Shown: piece after piece, positions 1 through 9,149 of the stretch
Numbering within the stretch: the stretch's first letter is position 1
Layout: every line of letters begins with the position of its first letter
NCBI GenBank assembly: GCA_023380305.1
Contig: JAMCQZ010000008.1
Span: 71,588-120,658, forward strand
Direction of reading: 5' to 3'
DNA: 49,071 nt
From: Patescibacteria group bacterium
GTDB lineage: Bacteria; Patescibacteriota; Minisyncoccia; UBA6257; Colwellbacteraceae
Position numbers and translations under genes: made by a program
Notes under the pieces: model-generated
Databases searched by the model: none
What the model was told of the DNA's origin: nothing
The model's input: only the letters and a program-made list of their open reading frames with translations

Positions 1-1
1 T

Positions 2-1015
2 GATCACTTCGATGATGCGCTCTATGCCCGCGGCCACTCCGACGGCCGGGATCAGCTTTCCGGACAAGGCTTCACCCAAATAGTCGTAACGTCCGCCACC
101 CATCAAGGCCAAATCGCTCTGGTCGGAAAAAATTTCAAAAACAGTGCGGCTGTAATAATCGAGTCCGCGGACCAAATACGGATTCAAGCTGTAGGGAAGA
201 CCAACCTCGTCCAAATATTCCAAGACCCCCTTCAGGTGTTGCCGGCAGGAAAAACAAAGATTATCGAGAATGCTCGGAGCCTGGGCTTTCAAATTGGCGC
301 AGATCTCGCTCTTGCAGTCGAGAAGACGCAAAGGATTGGTCTCCAGCCGCCTTTCGCAATCCCTGCAGACTACTTTGGTTTTTTTGGCGGCGTTGATCTC
401 TTTTTTATAAAACTCCTGCAATTTTTTCCGGTAGTTCGGCCGGCAGGTCTTGCAGCCGATGCTGTTTAGCTGGATTGCCAAGTTCTTGAGTTTTAAAGAT
501 TCTAAAAACCTCGCCCCAGCGACGATCACCTCGGCATCGTAAACCGGATCCGATTCTCCGCCGACGGATTCGAAACCCATCTGATAAAATTCGCGGTAGC
601 GGCCGGCCTGGGGATTCTCGTGCCGAAAGGCCGGACCAAAATAATAAACCTGCAAGGGCTGGCTGACGCGACTTAGACCGTGTTCGATATAAGCCCGCAT
701 CACCGGCGCCGTCATTTCCGGACGCAAAGCCAGATGATCGCCGCCGCGGGTCTTCAAAACATACATCTCTTTTTCGACGATATCGGTCGCTTCGCCGACG
801 CCCCGCACAAAGAGGTCGACGCTCTCGAGCATCGGCGTTTCGATGCGGTCGAACCCATAGAAAGCGGCCGTATCCTTGACCGCCTGTTCCACCCTTTCCC
901 AATACCAGGCGTCTTCGGGAAGAATATCGTGCATCCCCTTGGGCGCTTGCAAGACCGCCGGCTTCACGGGTTTCGAGGCTTTGGCGACCTTAATTTTTTT
1001 GGTGGCAGCGGCCAT
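2..1015 (-). CDS. hisS: Histidine--tRNA ligase (C-terminus runs off the window start)
   Basis: Not in the ORF track. Manual translation from the ATG at 1015 gives ...LQAPKGMHDILP...YGFDRIETPMLE...GEATDIVEKEMY...LALRPEMTAPVMRAY, and further on LVRGLDYYSRTVFE and GGRYDYL. These are HisRS motifs. Confidence 0.96.
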   Translation of the reverse strand, partial: MAAATKKIKVAKASKPVKPAVLQAPKGMHDILPEDAWYWERVEQAVKDTAAFYGFDRIETPMLESVDLFVRGVGEATDIVEKEMYVLKTRGGDHLALRPEMTAPVMRAYIEHGLSRVSQPLQVYYFGPAFRHENPQAGRYREFYQMGFESVGGESDPVYDAEVIVAGARFLESLKLKNLAIQLNSIGCKTCRPNYRKKLQEFYKKEINAAKKTKVVCRDCERRLETNPLRLLDCKSEICANLKAQAPSILDNLCFSCRQHLKGVLEYLDEVGLPYSLNPYLVRGLDYYSRTVFEIFSDQSDLALMGGGRYDYLGEALSGKLIPAVGVAAGIERIIEVI

Positions 1016-1029
1016 ATTGAATTATTGGA

Positions 1030-1572
1030 TTACGGCAAGGCCGAAAGGCCCTTTTCTTTCAATGCGTTTATGGCCCCAAACGGCCAGAGGCGCATCTGCA
1101 CCAAACCGACGATTTTTTCCCGCGACAAAGGCCCCCAATTGCGGGAATCGAAGCTGACGATACGGTTGTCTCCGAGAACAAAAAACTGGTTGGCTCCGAG
1201 GGTGAATTCGCTCTGTTGCAAAGTGCGCGTTACCGTTCCTTCGGGGAGATAGCTCTCGTCGAGTTTCGATTTGTTCACGAAGACTTCCCCGTCTTCGACA
1301 GCCACCGTCTCTCCCGGCAAACCGATAACCCGTTTGATATAGTATTGCTTCTCCTCGGTCGGGGCGCGGAAAACAATCACGTCTCCGCGTTCGGGATTTT
1401 TGAAACGATAGGAAATTTCGTCGACGAGCAAAAAATCGCCGTCGTCGAAGTTCGGTTCCATGCTGGCGCCCTGAACCAAAAAAGGCTGGGCTAAAAATTT
1501 GAAGGCGGAGGCGACAATGATCGCGATCGCCGCCACTTCAATGAATTCCCAGACCGCCAATAATTGCTTCAT
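1030..1572 (-). CDS. lepB: Signal peptidase I
   Basis: Motifs VQGASMEPNF (catalytic Ser), YIKRVIGLPGE (catalytic Lys) and FVLGDNRIVSFDSR, with one N-terminal TM helix. Start placed at MKQLL (1572); MRQ at 1581 is the alternative. Confidence 0.95.
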   Translation of the reverse strand: MKQLLAVWEFIEVAAIAIIVASAFKFLAQPFLVQGASMEPNFDDGDFLLVDEISYRFKNPERGDVIVFRAPTEEKQYYIKRVIGLPGETVAVEDGEVFVNKSKLDESYLPEGTVTRTLQQSEFTLGANQFFVLGDNRIVSFDSRNWGPLSREKIVGLVQMRLWPFGAINALKEKGLSALP

Positions 1573-1579
1573 CTGCCGC

Positions 1580-1592
1580 ATTTTAATACAAT
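1580..1592. promoter_or_regulatory. Back-to-back -10 boxes for the divergent lepB and pth genes
   Basis: On the minus strand TAAAAT (1580-1585) lies 7 nt before the lepB ATG. On the plus strand TACAAT (1587-1592) lies 8 nt before the pth ATG. Confidence 0.55.
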
Positions 1593-1600
1593 TTAAGCTG

Positions 1601-2140
1601 ATGAGCAAGTCAAAAATCATTTTCGGATTGGGCAATCCGGGAACGGAATACGAGAGCACCTACCATAACGCCGGAAGACTTTTTTTGGACTTTTTGGCCA
1701 AGAAAATCGCTCCCGAAAACCAATGGGAAACCGCCAAAAAAGAGGGTTTTGAATTTTTGAGGGCCGACGGGATGATCCTTATAAAGTCGCTTGGATTTAT
1801 GAACGAATCAGGACAAACCGCCAGGCTGGCGTTAAAACGCTTCGATTCCGGACCCGAGAACCTTGTCGTTGTTCACGACGATTCGGACATCGGTCTCGGC
1901 TCCTACAAATTATCCGATGATCGCGGTTCAGCCGGCCATAAAGGGACTCAGTCGATCATCGATTATTTAAAAACACAAAGCTTCTTGAGAATCCGCATCG
2001 GCGTCCGGCCGTCGAATCAAAAGAGCCAGGCGGGCGACTTCGTGCTAAAGACGATTTCCAAGCCGAATATGCTTGCCTTGAAAAAAGTATTCTCAGAAAT
2101 TCTCGCTTGCCACTTTGAAAGTAACGATAAAGGTGACTGA
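1601..2140 (+). CDS. pth: Peptidyl-tRNA hydrolase
   Basis: Motifs IFGLGNPG..Y..TYHNAG, FMNESG, VVVHDD, GSAGHKG and RIRIGV. Start placed at MSKSK (1601). Confidence 0.95.
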   Translation: MSKSKIIFGLGNPGTEYESTYHNAGRLFLDFLAKKIAPENQWETAKKEGFEFLRADGMILIKSLGFMNESGQTARLALKRFDSGPENLVVVHDDSDIGLGSYKLSDDRGSAGHKGTQSIIDYLKTQSFLRIRIGVRPSNQKSQAGDFVLKTISKPNMLALKKVFSEILACHFESNDKGD

Positions 2141-3628
2141 TCCGTCCGGATCGACCACCAAGTTCGCAAGCGGCTGTTCCACTTTCTGAAGCTGGGGAGT
2201 CGCCTTGAGCCTGTCGACGAATCTTTTCGACAGGTCGAGAGACGGAGAAGAGGCATTTAGAGTGATGCTGCCGTCAATCGGCTGGGTGGCGATCCTCAAA
2301 ATCGTGGCGTCGGTGCCCGCCAATTCTTTGATTTTTTTCAAAAACGGCGAAATAACCGTCTCCTGCCTCTTGGCGTCAGCCACCAGCCGCACCAAAGAAT
2401 TGAAACTGTCGACTTGGGCTCTTAGGGCGCTGTATTCTTGGTTTTCGCTCGCAGGGAGACTGATCGCCTGGCTCGCAATCAAGTTGTCTTTTATCCGACG
2501 CAAGAACAAATCGCTTCCGCTGTAAAGCACTGCGAGGAACGCCAGGGTAACCAAAAAAGCACTCCGCCAAGCATCCACCAGATTCAAAGATTGTTCTTGA
2601 AAATATTCTTCTTTGACGCTGATGGCGTTCAGGCTGATGAATTGGTCCTTCGATCTCGGCATGGCGCCCCTGATGGCCGCGCCCAAAACCGCCGACCAAT
2701 CCGCCGGCAAGCCGGCGGTCGCCGTCAATGAAAACTCCTGGGTGTTAATTTGAGGAAACCGCGACTTGATAGAAGCGGAAATTTTGGCGGCCAAATCCTC
2801 GGAGAAAACAAATATTTTCTCGATGGAAGTGTTGAAACGGCTGCTCGCGAAATTCAAAACGCGTTCGATTTCCGTAAACAGCACCTGTTCCAGATCGGCA
2901 AAGGCGATCTGCCGGCCGCCGGGACCAACGGATTTCCAAGGATAAAAATAATCAAAATAAAGATTGTTGTTTTTGATTATGGCGAAGTTCAAGCCGTCGA
3001 CGGCGACATTCAAAACCACGTAGGTCGATTTGGGGTCGACAATCTTTAAATAATCCATTGCCCTCGTCAGGCTCAAACTCTGAAACTCGATGGCGATCGG
3101 ACTAAACCCGGCTTCCTTCAAAAGGGACAGCCATTCGTCGGCGGTCGAGCTCGGAATAAAGGCGCCGAGAAGCTCTAATTGGCGGCCTCCATTCGCGACG
3201 ATACCCACGGGTTGATAGCTGTAATAGGCTTGTTTCAAATCTATCGGGGAAATCATCTGGAGATTTAAAAGAGCCGCTTCCTGCAAAGCCTTTTCCTCCA
3301 GGCTCGGAACGGTAAAAATCCTCGAATAAACAAGATTATCCTGCAGAGAAACGATGACATTGGCCTGACGGTCGCCCTTCGGGGAAACAACATAGGATTT
3401 CAAGGTCTCGAGCGCCTGCTTCGTCAAGGCCCGATTTTTTACCCGACCGCCCTCGATCAATCCGGGGGGCAAACGCAACGAAGCTTTAATCAGACGATTG
3501 TTTTCGTCGATCCGGACATACTTTAAAGAAGAGTCGTTGATACTCAACCCTCCCACTGGTTTAAAGGGGTTGATCAGTCTCCAGAAGGCCGCCAGTTTGT
3601 TTTTAGATTTGATTAAATTTTCCGTCAT
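2093..3628 (-). CDS. Type IV pilus assembly protein, PilM-like actin fold fused to a PilN-like TM/extracytoplasmic domain
   Basis: The N-terminus GGLSINDSSLKYV...LPPGLIEGGRV and the motif AVLGAAIRG are PilM-like. A TM helix and a PilN-like C-terminus follow. It is the last gene of the pilus operon. Confidence 0.75.
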   Translation of the reverse strand: MTENLIKSKNKLAAFWRLINPFKPVGGLSINDSSLKYVRIDENNRLIKASLRLPPGLIEGGRVKNRALTKQALETLKSYVVSPKGDRQANVIVSLQDNLVYSRIFTVPSLEEKALQEAALLNLQMISPIDLKQAYYSYQPVGIVANGGRQLELLGAFIPSSTADEWLSLLKEAGFSPIAIEFQSLSLTRAMDYLKIVDPKSTYVVLNVAVDGLNFAIIKNNNLYFDYFYPWKSVGPGGRQIAFADLEQVLFTEIERVLNFASSRFNTSIEKIFVFSEDLAAKISASIKSRFPQINTQEFSLTATAGLPADWSAVLGAAIRGAMPRSKDQFISLNAISVKEEYFQEQSLNLVDAWRSAFLVTLAFLAVLYSGSDLFLRRIKDNLIASQAISLPASENQEYSALRAQVDSFNSLVRLVADAKRQETVISPFLKKIKELAGTDATILRIATQPIDGSITLNASSPSLDLSKRFVDRLKATPQLQKVEQPLANLVVDPDGSVTFIVTFKVASENF

Positions 3629-3629
3629 A

Positions 3630-4100
3630 TTAAACCGCTATTTCTTTGATATAACTCACCCTGATTTCCCGCGTCGCCGGATCGACTGAAAGCACCGCTT
3701 CGACTTTCCTTCTCCGACTTGCGGCAAAACCCAGGGAACGCACTCGGAAATAGCATCCCCAGACAACACTGCAACTCCCGAATTTGGCGCTCAAATCTAT
3801 GGGGTCTTTTTCCACGGTGATCTCGGCCTTGCGCTCGCCTTGCGTTCCCGGCGTTCCGGTAACAGTCAAATTGTAAGAAGCTTGGTAATCTCCTCTGATA
3901 ATTTTATAGATGGCGTCATCGACGCCTGCGCGCGCCGTGAAAAGCGCCTCCGTCGAGAACCTCATGCCCGAACCGCTCTGGGTGAAAGCGTAACCGACAA
4001 CCACGCCGGCGATGGCGAGCTCCATAATAATGCCGCCGATCATGAGGACCGTCGGTAAAGTCGCTACTCCTGGTGATTTTTTATCGCATGAATAATTCAT
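3630..4100 (-). CDS. PilX-like minor pilin
   Basis: Class III-like leader (PG|VATLPTVLMIGGII) lacking Glu5, followed by ALFTARAGVDDA, typical of PilX N-termini. Pilus operon context. Confidence 0.7.
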   Translation of the reverse strand: MNYSCDKKSPGVATLPTVLMIGGIIMELAIAGVVVGYAFTQSGSGMRFSTEALFTARAGVDDAIYKIIRGDYQASYNLTVTGTPGTQGERKAEITVEKDPIDLSAKFGSCSVVWGCYFRVRSLGFAASRRRKVEAVLSVDPATREIRVSYIKEIAV

Positions 4101-4102
4101 CT

Positions 4103-5119
4103 TTATGGGCTCCAATTAACGATCACTCCGCTCACTTGCGGCGCGAGCGTCCGGGTCAAATCGCTCAAGATAACCATCCGATAACGGAAATATCTCTTGT
4201 TCGAATGCGTCTCTTTGTTTTTAATCGGCATGGGCACGTCCGGTCCGGAAGCGGCGTACAAATCGTCGGCAGCCGTGGTTCCGAGGGGCCCCAGAAAGGC
4301 GCCGTCGCCGGAAGTCTTCGAGCCGCCCCAACCGATATTCTGGTCGCAAGTCGGGGCGTTGGTCGCGCCGTTGCCGCAGTTCGAGGTGGCGAGCTGAAAT
4401 CTGACGTCTCCGGAATTAGCCACCCCTTTCCACAATATATAATTATAAGCCACTCCATCGACCTCGTCAGTATCAAAGGTGCTCGAGATCACCTCCCCCT
4501 CCAACGGCTCGATTGTCCAACCGGTCATCACTTTGTAATCGACCAGGCCGCAAATGCCGCTGGGATAACCCTCGTGAGGATTATTGCAGTTAAAGCTGAT
4601 CCAGCCGATAATGTCGTTCCACGCGAACCCCTCGAACTCCGCCTGTCCCGGATAAGAGACGCTGTTTACAACAGTCACTCCATAGTCGTGGCCCGCGCAA
4701 CCGCTCGTTCCCGCATTTTCACAGCTCAAACTGATCCAGCCAACGGCGTCGGACCAGGCCCAACCGGATAATTTACCGGTTTCGGTATTCGATACTTTAT
4801 AACTTACCGGGGTGCAGCTAGAGCCCGCCGGACCGCTCGCACAATTCAAAGATATATATTGCCAAGGGGCCGCTCCGTCTCCTTTGGCGCTGTACCTGGC
4901 GTATCCCTGGAGTTCGGTCATTGCGACATTAACCGTATCGGTGGAATAAAAATCTATCCATCCCGCGACATCGCTCCAGGCCCAATGAAGATAAGCCGGG
5001 GGAGCGTCCGCCGCGATATTTGTCGCGGCCACCGCGGTTTGCAAGGCAAAAATTAAAGCGAGCGCGAATAAGATAAGTGAGCATCCGAATAAAATCTTGT
5101 CCTTATTCATCATTTTCAT
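4103..5119 (-). CDS. Secreted Trp-rich repeat protein in the pilus operon
   Basis: Sec-type signal peptide, three (W/F)AW(S/N)DxxGWI repeats and several Cys pairs. ATGA overlap with the upstream pilin gene. Confidence 0.7.
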   Translation of the reverse strand: MKMMNKDKILFGCSLILFALALIFALQTAVAATNIAADAPPAYLHWAWSDVAGWIDFYSTDTVNVAMTELQGYARYSAKGDGAAPWQYISLNCASGPAGSSCTPVSYKVSNTETGKLSGWAWSDAVGWISLSCENAGTSGCAGHDYGVTVVNSVSYPGQAEFEGFAWNDIIGWISFNCNNPHEGYPSGICGLVDYKVMTGWTIEPLEGEVISSTFDTDEVDGVAYNYILWKGVANSGDVRFQLATSNCGNGATNAPTCDQNIGWGGSKTSGDGAFLGPLGTTAADDLYAASGPDVPMPIKNKETHSNKRYFRYRMVILSDLTRTLAPQVSGVIVNWSP

Positions 5120-5772
5120 TCCGTAATAAGCGTTATCCCGCCGTTATCGGGGGTAAAATCGACGGTCGAAGACACGGATGAAAAACCGTGCGGGGCGGCC
5201 GAAACCGTATACGGACCCTCCAGCCCAGGTCCGGCGGACCAGGCGGAAAAAAGCGCCGAGATATTCCGCGATCGGGTCAGATAGCCGACTATTTCGAAGG
5301 ATTGATCTGTCGGCCAGGTAACAGTTACCACTATTTTCTGGGTCGAAGGATCGTCCGTGCCTCCGGACTCGACGATGTTGTCGCTCCCGTCCCTCAAAAC
5401 ATTTTGAATATAAAAAGACTTGGTGAAAGTCGTGCCGTCGATAGCCGACGAGGTTGTTCCGTTATTGATCGCGAAACTTGTCTTGCCGGCCACGGTTACC
5501 ACGGATAAATAATGCGGATTGGTGGTTGACGGATTCACGTATTTCGTCGCGAGGTAGACGGCGTTCCAATTGGCCTCGGCTAAAACCCGCACGTTGTCGA
5601 GCTCTTGGCTGGCCAAACGGCTGGCGTTATTCAATTGTCTCGTCGACGCGCTCGAACGAACCGAAAGAAAAAGAGCGGTACTTACGCCGCCGATCATCAC
5701 GGCGCCGACCGCCAGCGCCACCAACGCTTCGATGAGCGACTGGCCCTTAATATGTGACCGTGCCGTTTGCAT
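5116..5772 (-). CDS. Prepilin-type minor pilin (PilV-like)
   Basis: KG|QSLIEALVALAVG cleavage/methylation motif and C-terminal KIVVTVTW. Confidence 0.85.
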   Translation of the reverse strand: MQTARSHIKGQSLIEALVALAVGAVMIGGVSTALFLSVRSSASTRQLNNASRLASQELDNVRVLAEANWNAVYLATKYVNPSTTNPHYLSVVTVAGKTSFAINNGTTSSAIDGTTFTKSFYIQNVLRDGSDNIVESGGTDDPSTQKIVVTVTWPTDQSFEIVGYLTRSRNISALFSAWSAGPGLEGPYTVSAAPHGFSSVSSTVDFTPDNGGITLITE

Positions 5773-6220
5773 TGACGGTGATTGTTTTGGTGACCGACGC
5801 GAAGTTCTTCAATCCAATTGTAATGGAAGCGGACGCGGCCGGCAAACCGGTCAGCTTTGCAAAAAGGACATCCGTATTCGATCCGGCCGCCGGAGCGATG
5901 AATTTTACTTCCGCGGGCAGCACCGTCCGCGAAGATTTCGTTCCGCCGGCGTAAGTGTCCCCGGAAAAAATCTCGAAGAACTGTCCGGACGCGTCATTGT
6001 TCAATCTCACCCCCCAAGCGGTGCCGTCTTTTTGACCCCTCGCGTTCTCATAGGCCAGGCGCAGATCGAAAACAATCTTTTCGGACGTGGTACTCAGGGC
6101 ATATTTGCTTCGGGTGCCGAAAAAGTTTCCAAGCGTGATCGTCAAAAGAAGAGCCATAAAGGTGATGACGAGCACGACCTCGACCAGCGTAAACCCGGAA
6201 GATCGTTTGTTTTTTAACAT
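5747..6220 (-). CDS. Prepilin-type minor pilin (FimT/GspH-like)
   Basis: SG|FTLVEVVLVI motif and C-terminal ITVNANGTV. Confidence 0.85.
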   Translation of the reverse strand: MLKNKRSSGFTLVEVVLVITFMALLLTITLGNFFGTRSKYALSTTSEKIVFDLRLAYENARGQKDGTAWGVRLNNDASGQFFEIFSGDTYAGGTKSSRTVLPAEVKFIAPAAGSNTDVLFAKLTGLPAASASITIGLKNFASVTKTITVNANGTVTY

Positions 6221-6223
6221 GGA

Positions 6224-7438
6224 TTAAATGGAAGAAACCAATTGATAAATCGGGACGATGACCGCAAGAGCGATAATCATGACGACAAAACCGATCATCA
6301 CGAGAAGCGCCGGCTCGATGAAGGAGACCATCACCTTGATCTTGGTGTCCACATCCGAAGCATAAAAGTCCGCGAGCGTTTCCAAAATTTCCTCCATATG
6401 CCCGGCTTTCTCGGAGATAGCGATCAGATTGACCACCACCCTCGGGAAATAAGGCTCCCGCCTGAAGGCCTCGCCGACGGTGATGCCTTTGGCCACGCCC
6501 TGACGCGCGATTCTCAAAAGAATCTCCTTGAGCTCCTCGGAACCGACGGCGTTTGCCGTGATTTCCAAAGACTCAAGCATCGGCAAGCCCGCCTTAAGAA
6601 GCGAAGCAAAAGTGGAAGCGAACCGCTGCAAAGCCAGCTGTTTCAAGACCGGACCGACGATGGGCATGCGATTCAAAAGCTTGATGCCGAACTTTTTTCC
6701 GGCTTGGGTTTTCGCGAGGAAGAACCACGTGCCGAAAATGCCGGCGACCATCAAAAAGATGATGACAATGATGTGGCTCCCGACAAAATCGCCGAAGGTG
6801 AAAACCGCCTTCGAAAAAGCCGGCGGTTCGGTCTCCCCCTGGCTAAATGATTTTGAAATTTTCGGCAGGGCGAAGGCCACCAGGGAAAAAAGAATGACGA
6901 AAGCGAAAACCAAAAGCAGAATCGGGTAAGTGACGGCTGATTTGATGCGGCTCCGCAGGTCTTTCTCTTTTTCCAGACCGACGCTCAAATCGGCGAAAAC
7001 CCGGTCGAGACTGCCAGACGCTTCTCCCGCCTTGATAAGATTGATGAAAACCGAAGAGAAATATTGGGGATATTTGGCGAAAGTGGCGTAAAAAGGCTTG
7101 CCCTGGCCGAGGTTATCCCTGATTTCGATAAGAAGCGATTTCACCACCGGCTTGTCGAAATCGGAAATCAAAATATCGATGGCATGAAACAAATCCGTGC
7201 CCACCCTGAGCATCAGGCTCAAATATTTGGTCAAAAACACTTGATCGTCGACGGTAATAGCCGGGCTGAAAAGCCCTTTTAAGCCTGGCGCCGCTTTTTT
7301 CGTTTCTACGGCCTTCAAGGAAATCGGCCGGAGATTCTGGGTGGCCATCCACTCCAAAACTTGGGCCGGCGATGCGGCTTCGACCGCGCCTTCGGTCACT
7401 TTACCATTCGGCTGAGAGGCTATGTAGCGGAAACGCAT
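6224..7438 (-). CDS. pilC: Type IV pilus platform protein (PilC/GspF family)
   Basis: MRFRYIA..G...G.VEA start, two T2SSF repeats (LIKAGEASGSL; ISEKAGHM), SAVTYP and IEPALL motifs, three TM segments. Confidence 0.93.
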   Translation of the reverse strand: MRFRYIASQPNGKVTEGAVEAASPAQVLEWMATQNLRPISLKAVETKKAAPGLKGLFSPAITVDDQVFLTKYLSLMLRVGTDLFHAIDILISDFDKPVVKSLLIEIRDNLGQGKPFYATFAKYPQYFSSVFINLIKAGEASGSLDRVFADLSVGLEKEKDLRSRIKSAVTYPILLLVFAFVILFSLVAFALPKISKSFSQGETEPPAFSKAVFTFGDFVGSHIIVIIFLMVAGIFGTWFFLAKTQAGKKFGIKLLNRMPIVGPVLKQLALQRFASTFASLLKAGLPMLESLEITANAVGSEELKEILLRIARQGVAKGITVGEAFRREPYFPRVVVNLIAISEKAGHMEEILETLADFYASDVDTKIKVMVSFIEPALLVMIGFVVMIIALAVIVPIYQLVSSI

Positions 7439-7442
7439 ATTT

Positions 7443-9149
7443 TTATTCTCTGATGACCCTCAATATTTCGTCGATGGTGGTAAGCCCTCTTTCGGATTTT
7501 CTTAAGCCGTCCTCGAACATGCTGATCATGCCTTCCTTTCGAGCCTCGGCTTTCAAAATGTCCAAAGAAAAATTGGGGTCGACGATAATCTTGCGGACCT
7601 GTTCGGTTACATTCAAAACTTCGAAAATAGCCATGCGACCCCGGTATCCCGATCCTCCGCACACCGGGCATCCCCGGCCGGCGTAAATCACCTTCGGAGG
7701 CGTAAACTGCTCTTCAAGGCCAAGCTCTTTCATCTGTCTTCGCAACGACTCGACGAGCTCCGGAGAAGGCGTAAGAGAATAGATACAGTTCGTACAGATT
7801 TTCCGGACAAGCCTTTGAGCGACGATGGCGTTCAAAACCGCAGCCACCAAAAAAGCCGGGACCTTCATATCTACCAGCCTCGGAATGACCGTCGGCGCGT
7901 CGTTTGTGTGCAAAGACGAAAGCACCAAGTGGCCGGTTAAAGCTGATTGCACGGAAATGGAGGCTGTTTCTTCATCGCGAATCTCACCGACCATGATGAC
8001 GTTCGGATCCTGGCGGAGGATGGAACGAAGCCCTGTCGCAAAAGTGATGCCCGCGACCGGATTGATCTGCGTCTGATTGATGTATTTGATGTCGTATTCG
8101 ATCGGATCCTCGATCGTTACGATATTTACTTCCGGTCGGTTCAACATACCGAGGATGGAATAAAGCGTGGTTGTTTTTCCCGAACCGGTCGGCCCGCAGA
8201 CAAGAAGCATGCCATAGCTTTTTTTGATATTTTCCTCAACCAGGGAGGCCATATCGTCGAACATTCCGAGCTCCTGCAGGGAAAGCGGTCTTTGCGTCGA
8301 AGGCAATAACCTCATCTCCACCTTTTCGCCGTAATAGGTTGGGATAATGGAGACACGGATATCGAGGACATCTGTGCCGATTTTATGGCGAAAGCGTCCG
8401 TCTTGCGGTTTGTAATGCTCGTCGATTTTGAGGGCTGCCAAAAGTTTGATGCGGGCAACAATCGCCGGGTGGACGTCTTTCGGAATCTTCAGAATCTCCC
8501 GCAAAATGCCGTCGATGCGGTAACGAACCAATATGCCGTCCTCGAAAATTTCAAAATGAATATCCGAAGCTCTCAACGAATAAGCGTAGGCGATGATGTT
8601 GTCGACGATGGCCACGATCGGCACATCCGCCGCCGCCTCTTCGCCGCGCTTCCCGAGCCGGAGCGATTCGGCGATGTTCGCCTCGATCATTTTTTTAAAA
8701 TCTTCCGATTGCCGCTGGCTGTAAAGGGTGAAGCCTTTGTTTAAGTCCGCCTCCACCGCGAGGTAAGGCTTGATCTTCGTCCGGATATAACGCTCGATGA
8801 ATTCGATGGTCTCAAGGTTCGACGGGTCTTCCATGGCCGCCGAAACGGTTCCGTCCGGCTCCTGGCCAAAAAGAATCACCCGGCGCTGCCTCGCCACGTC
8901 TTCGGGAAGCAGCCTCAAAATATTTTCATTGACCTGCTTCGCATTCAAATTGGCAAGCGGAACCTTGAAATAAGCCGAAAGCAGGTTAACCCAATAATCC
9001 TTGGTGAGCACGCCCTGGGAAATCAAAACGTCCGCCATATTTTGGCCGAGACGAGCTGTTTCTTTGGCGATTTCGTCGAATTTTTCCGCGCCAATCAGAC
9101 CTTCTTGAATCAGAAGGTTTTTTAAAGTTTCGTCGGGAATTTGAAGCAT
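7443..9149 (-). CDS. pilB: Type IV pilus assembly ATPase (PilB/GspE family)
   Basis: Motifs ASDIH, PQDGR, Walker A GPTGSGKTT, TIEDPIEY, LRQDPNVIMVGEIRD, TGHLVLSSLHTN, plus a tetra-Cys motif. Confidence 0.95.
   Translation of the reverse strand: MLQIPDETLKNLLIQEGLIGAEKFDEIAKETARLGQNMADVLISQGVLTKDYWVNLLSAYFKVPLANLNAKQVNENILRLLPEDVARQRRVILFGQEPDGTVSAAMEDPSNLETIEFIERYIRTKIKPYLAVEADLNKGFTLYSQRQSEDFKKMIEANIAESLRLGKRGEEAAADVPIVAIVDNIIAYAYSLRASDIHFEIFEDGILVRYRIDGILREILKIPKDVHPAIVARIKLLAALKIDEHYKPQDGRFRHKIGTDVLDIRVSIIPTYYGEKVEMRLLPSTQRPLSLQELGMFDDMASLVEENIKKSYGMLLVCGPTGSGKTTTLYSILGMLNRPEVNIVTIEDPIEYDIKYINQTQINPVAGITFATGLRSILRQDPNVIMVGEIRDEETASISVQSALTGHLVLSSLHTNDAPTVIPRLVDMKVPAFLVAAVLNAIVAQRLVRKICTNCIYSLTPSPELVESLRRQMKELGLEEQFTPPKVIYAGRGCPVCGGSGYRGRMAIFEVLNVTEQVRKIIVDPNFSLDILKAEARKEGMISMFEDGLRKSERGLTTIDEILRVIRE

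Noticed and set aside
236-1494. Listed ORFs overlapping hisS and lepB (for example 405-902 and 680-1252)
   Set aside because: They are alternative-frame or antisense shadows. The real gene is hisS, which the track missed because it runs off the window edge.
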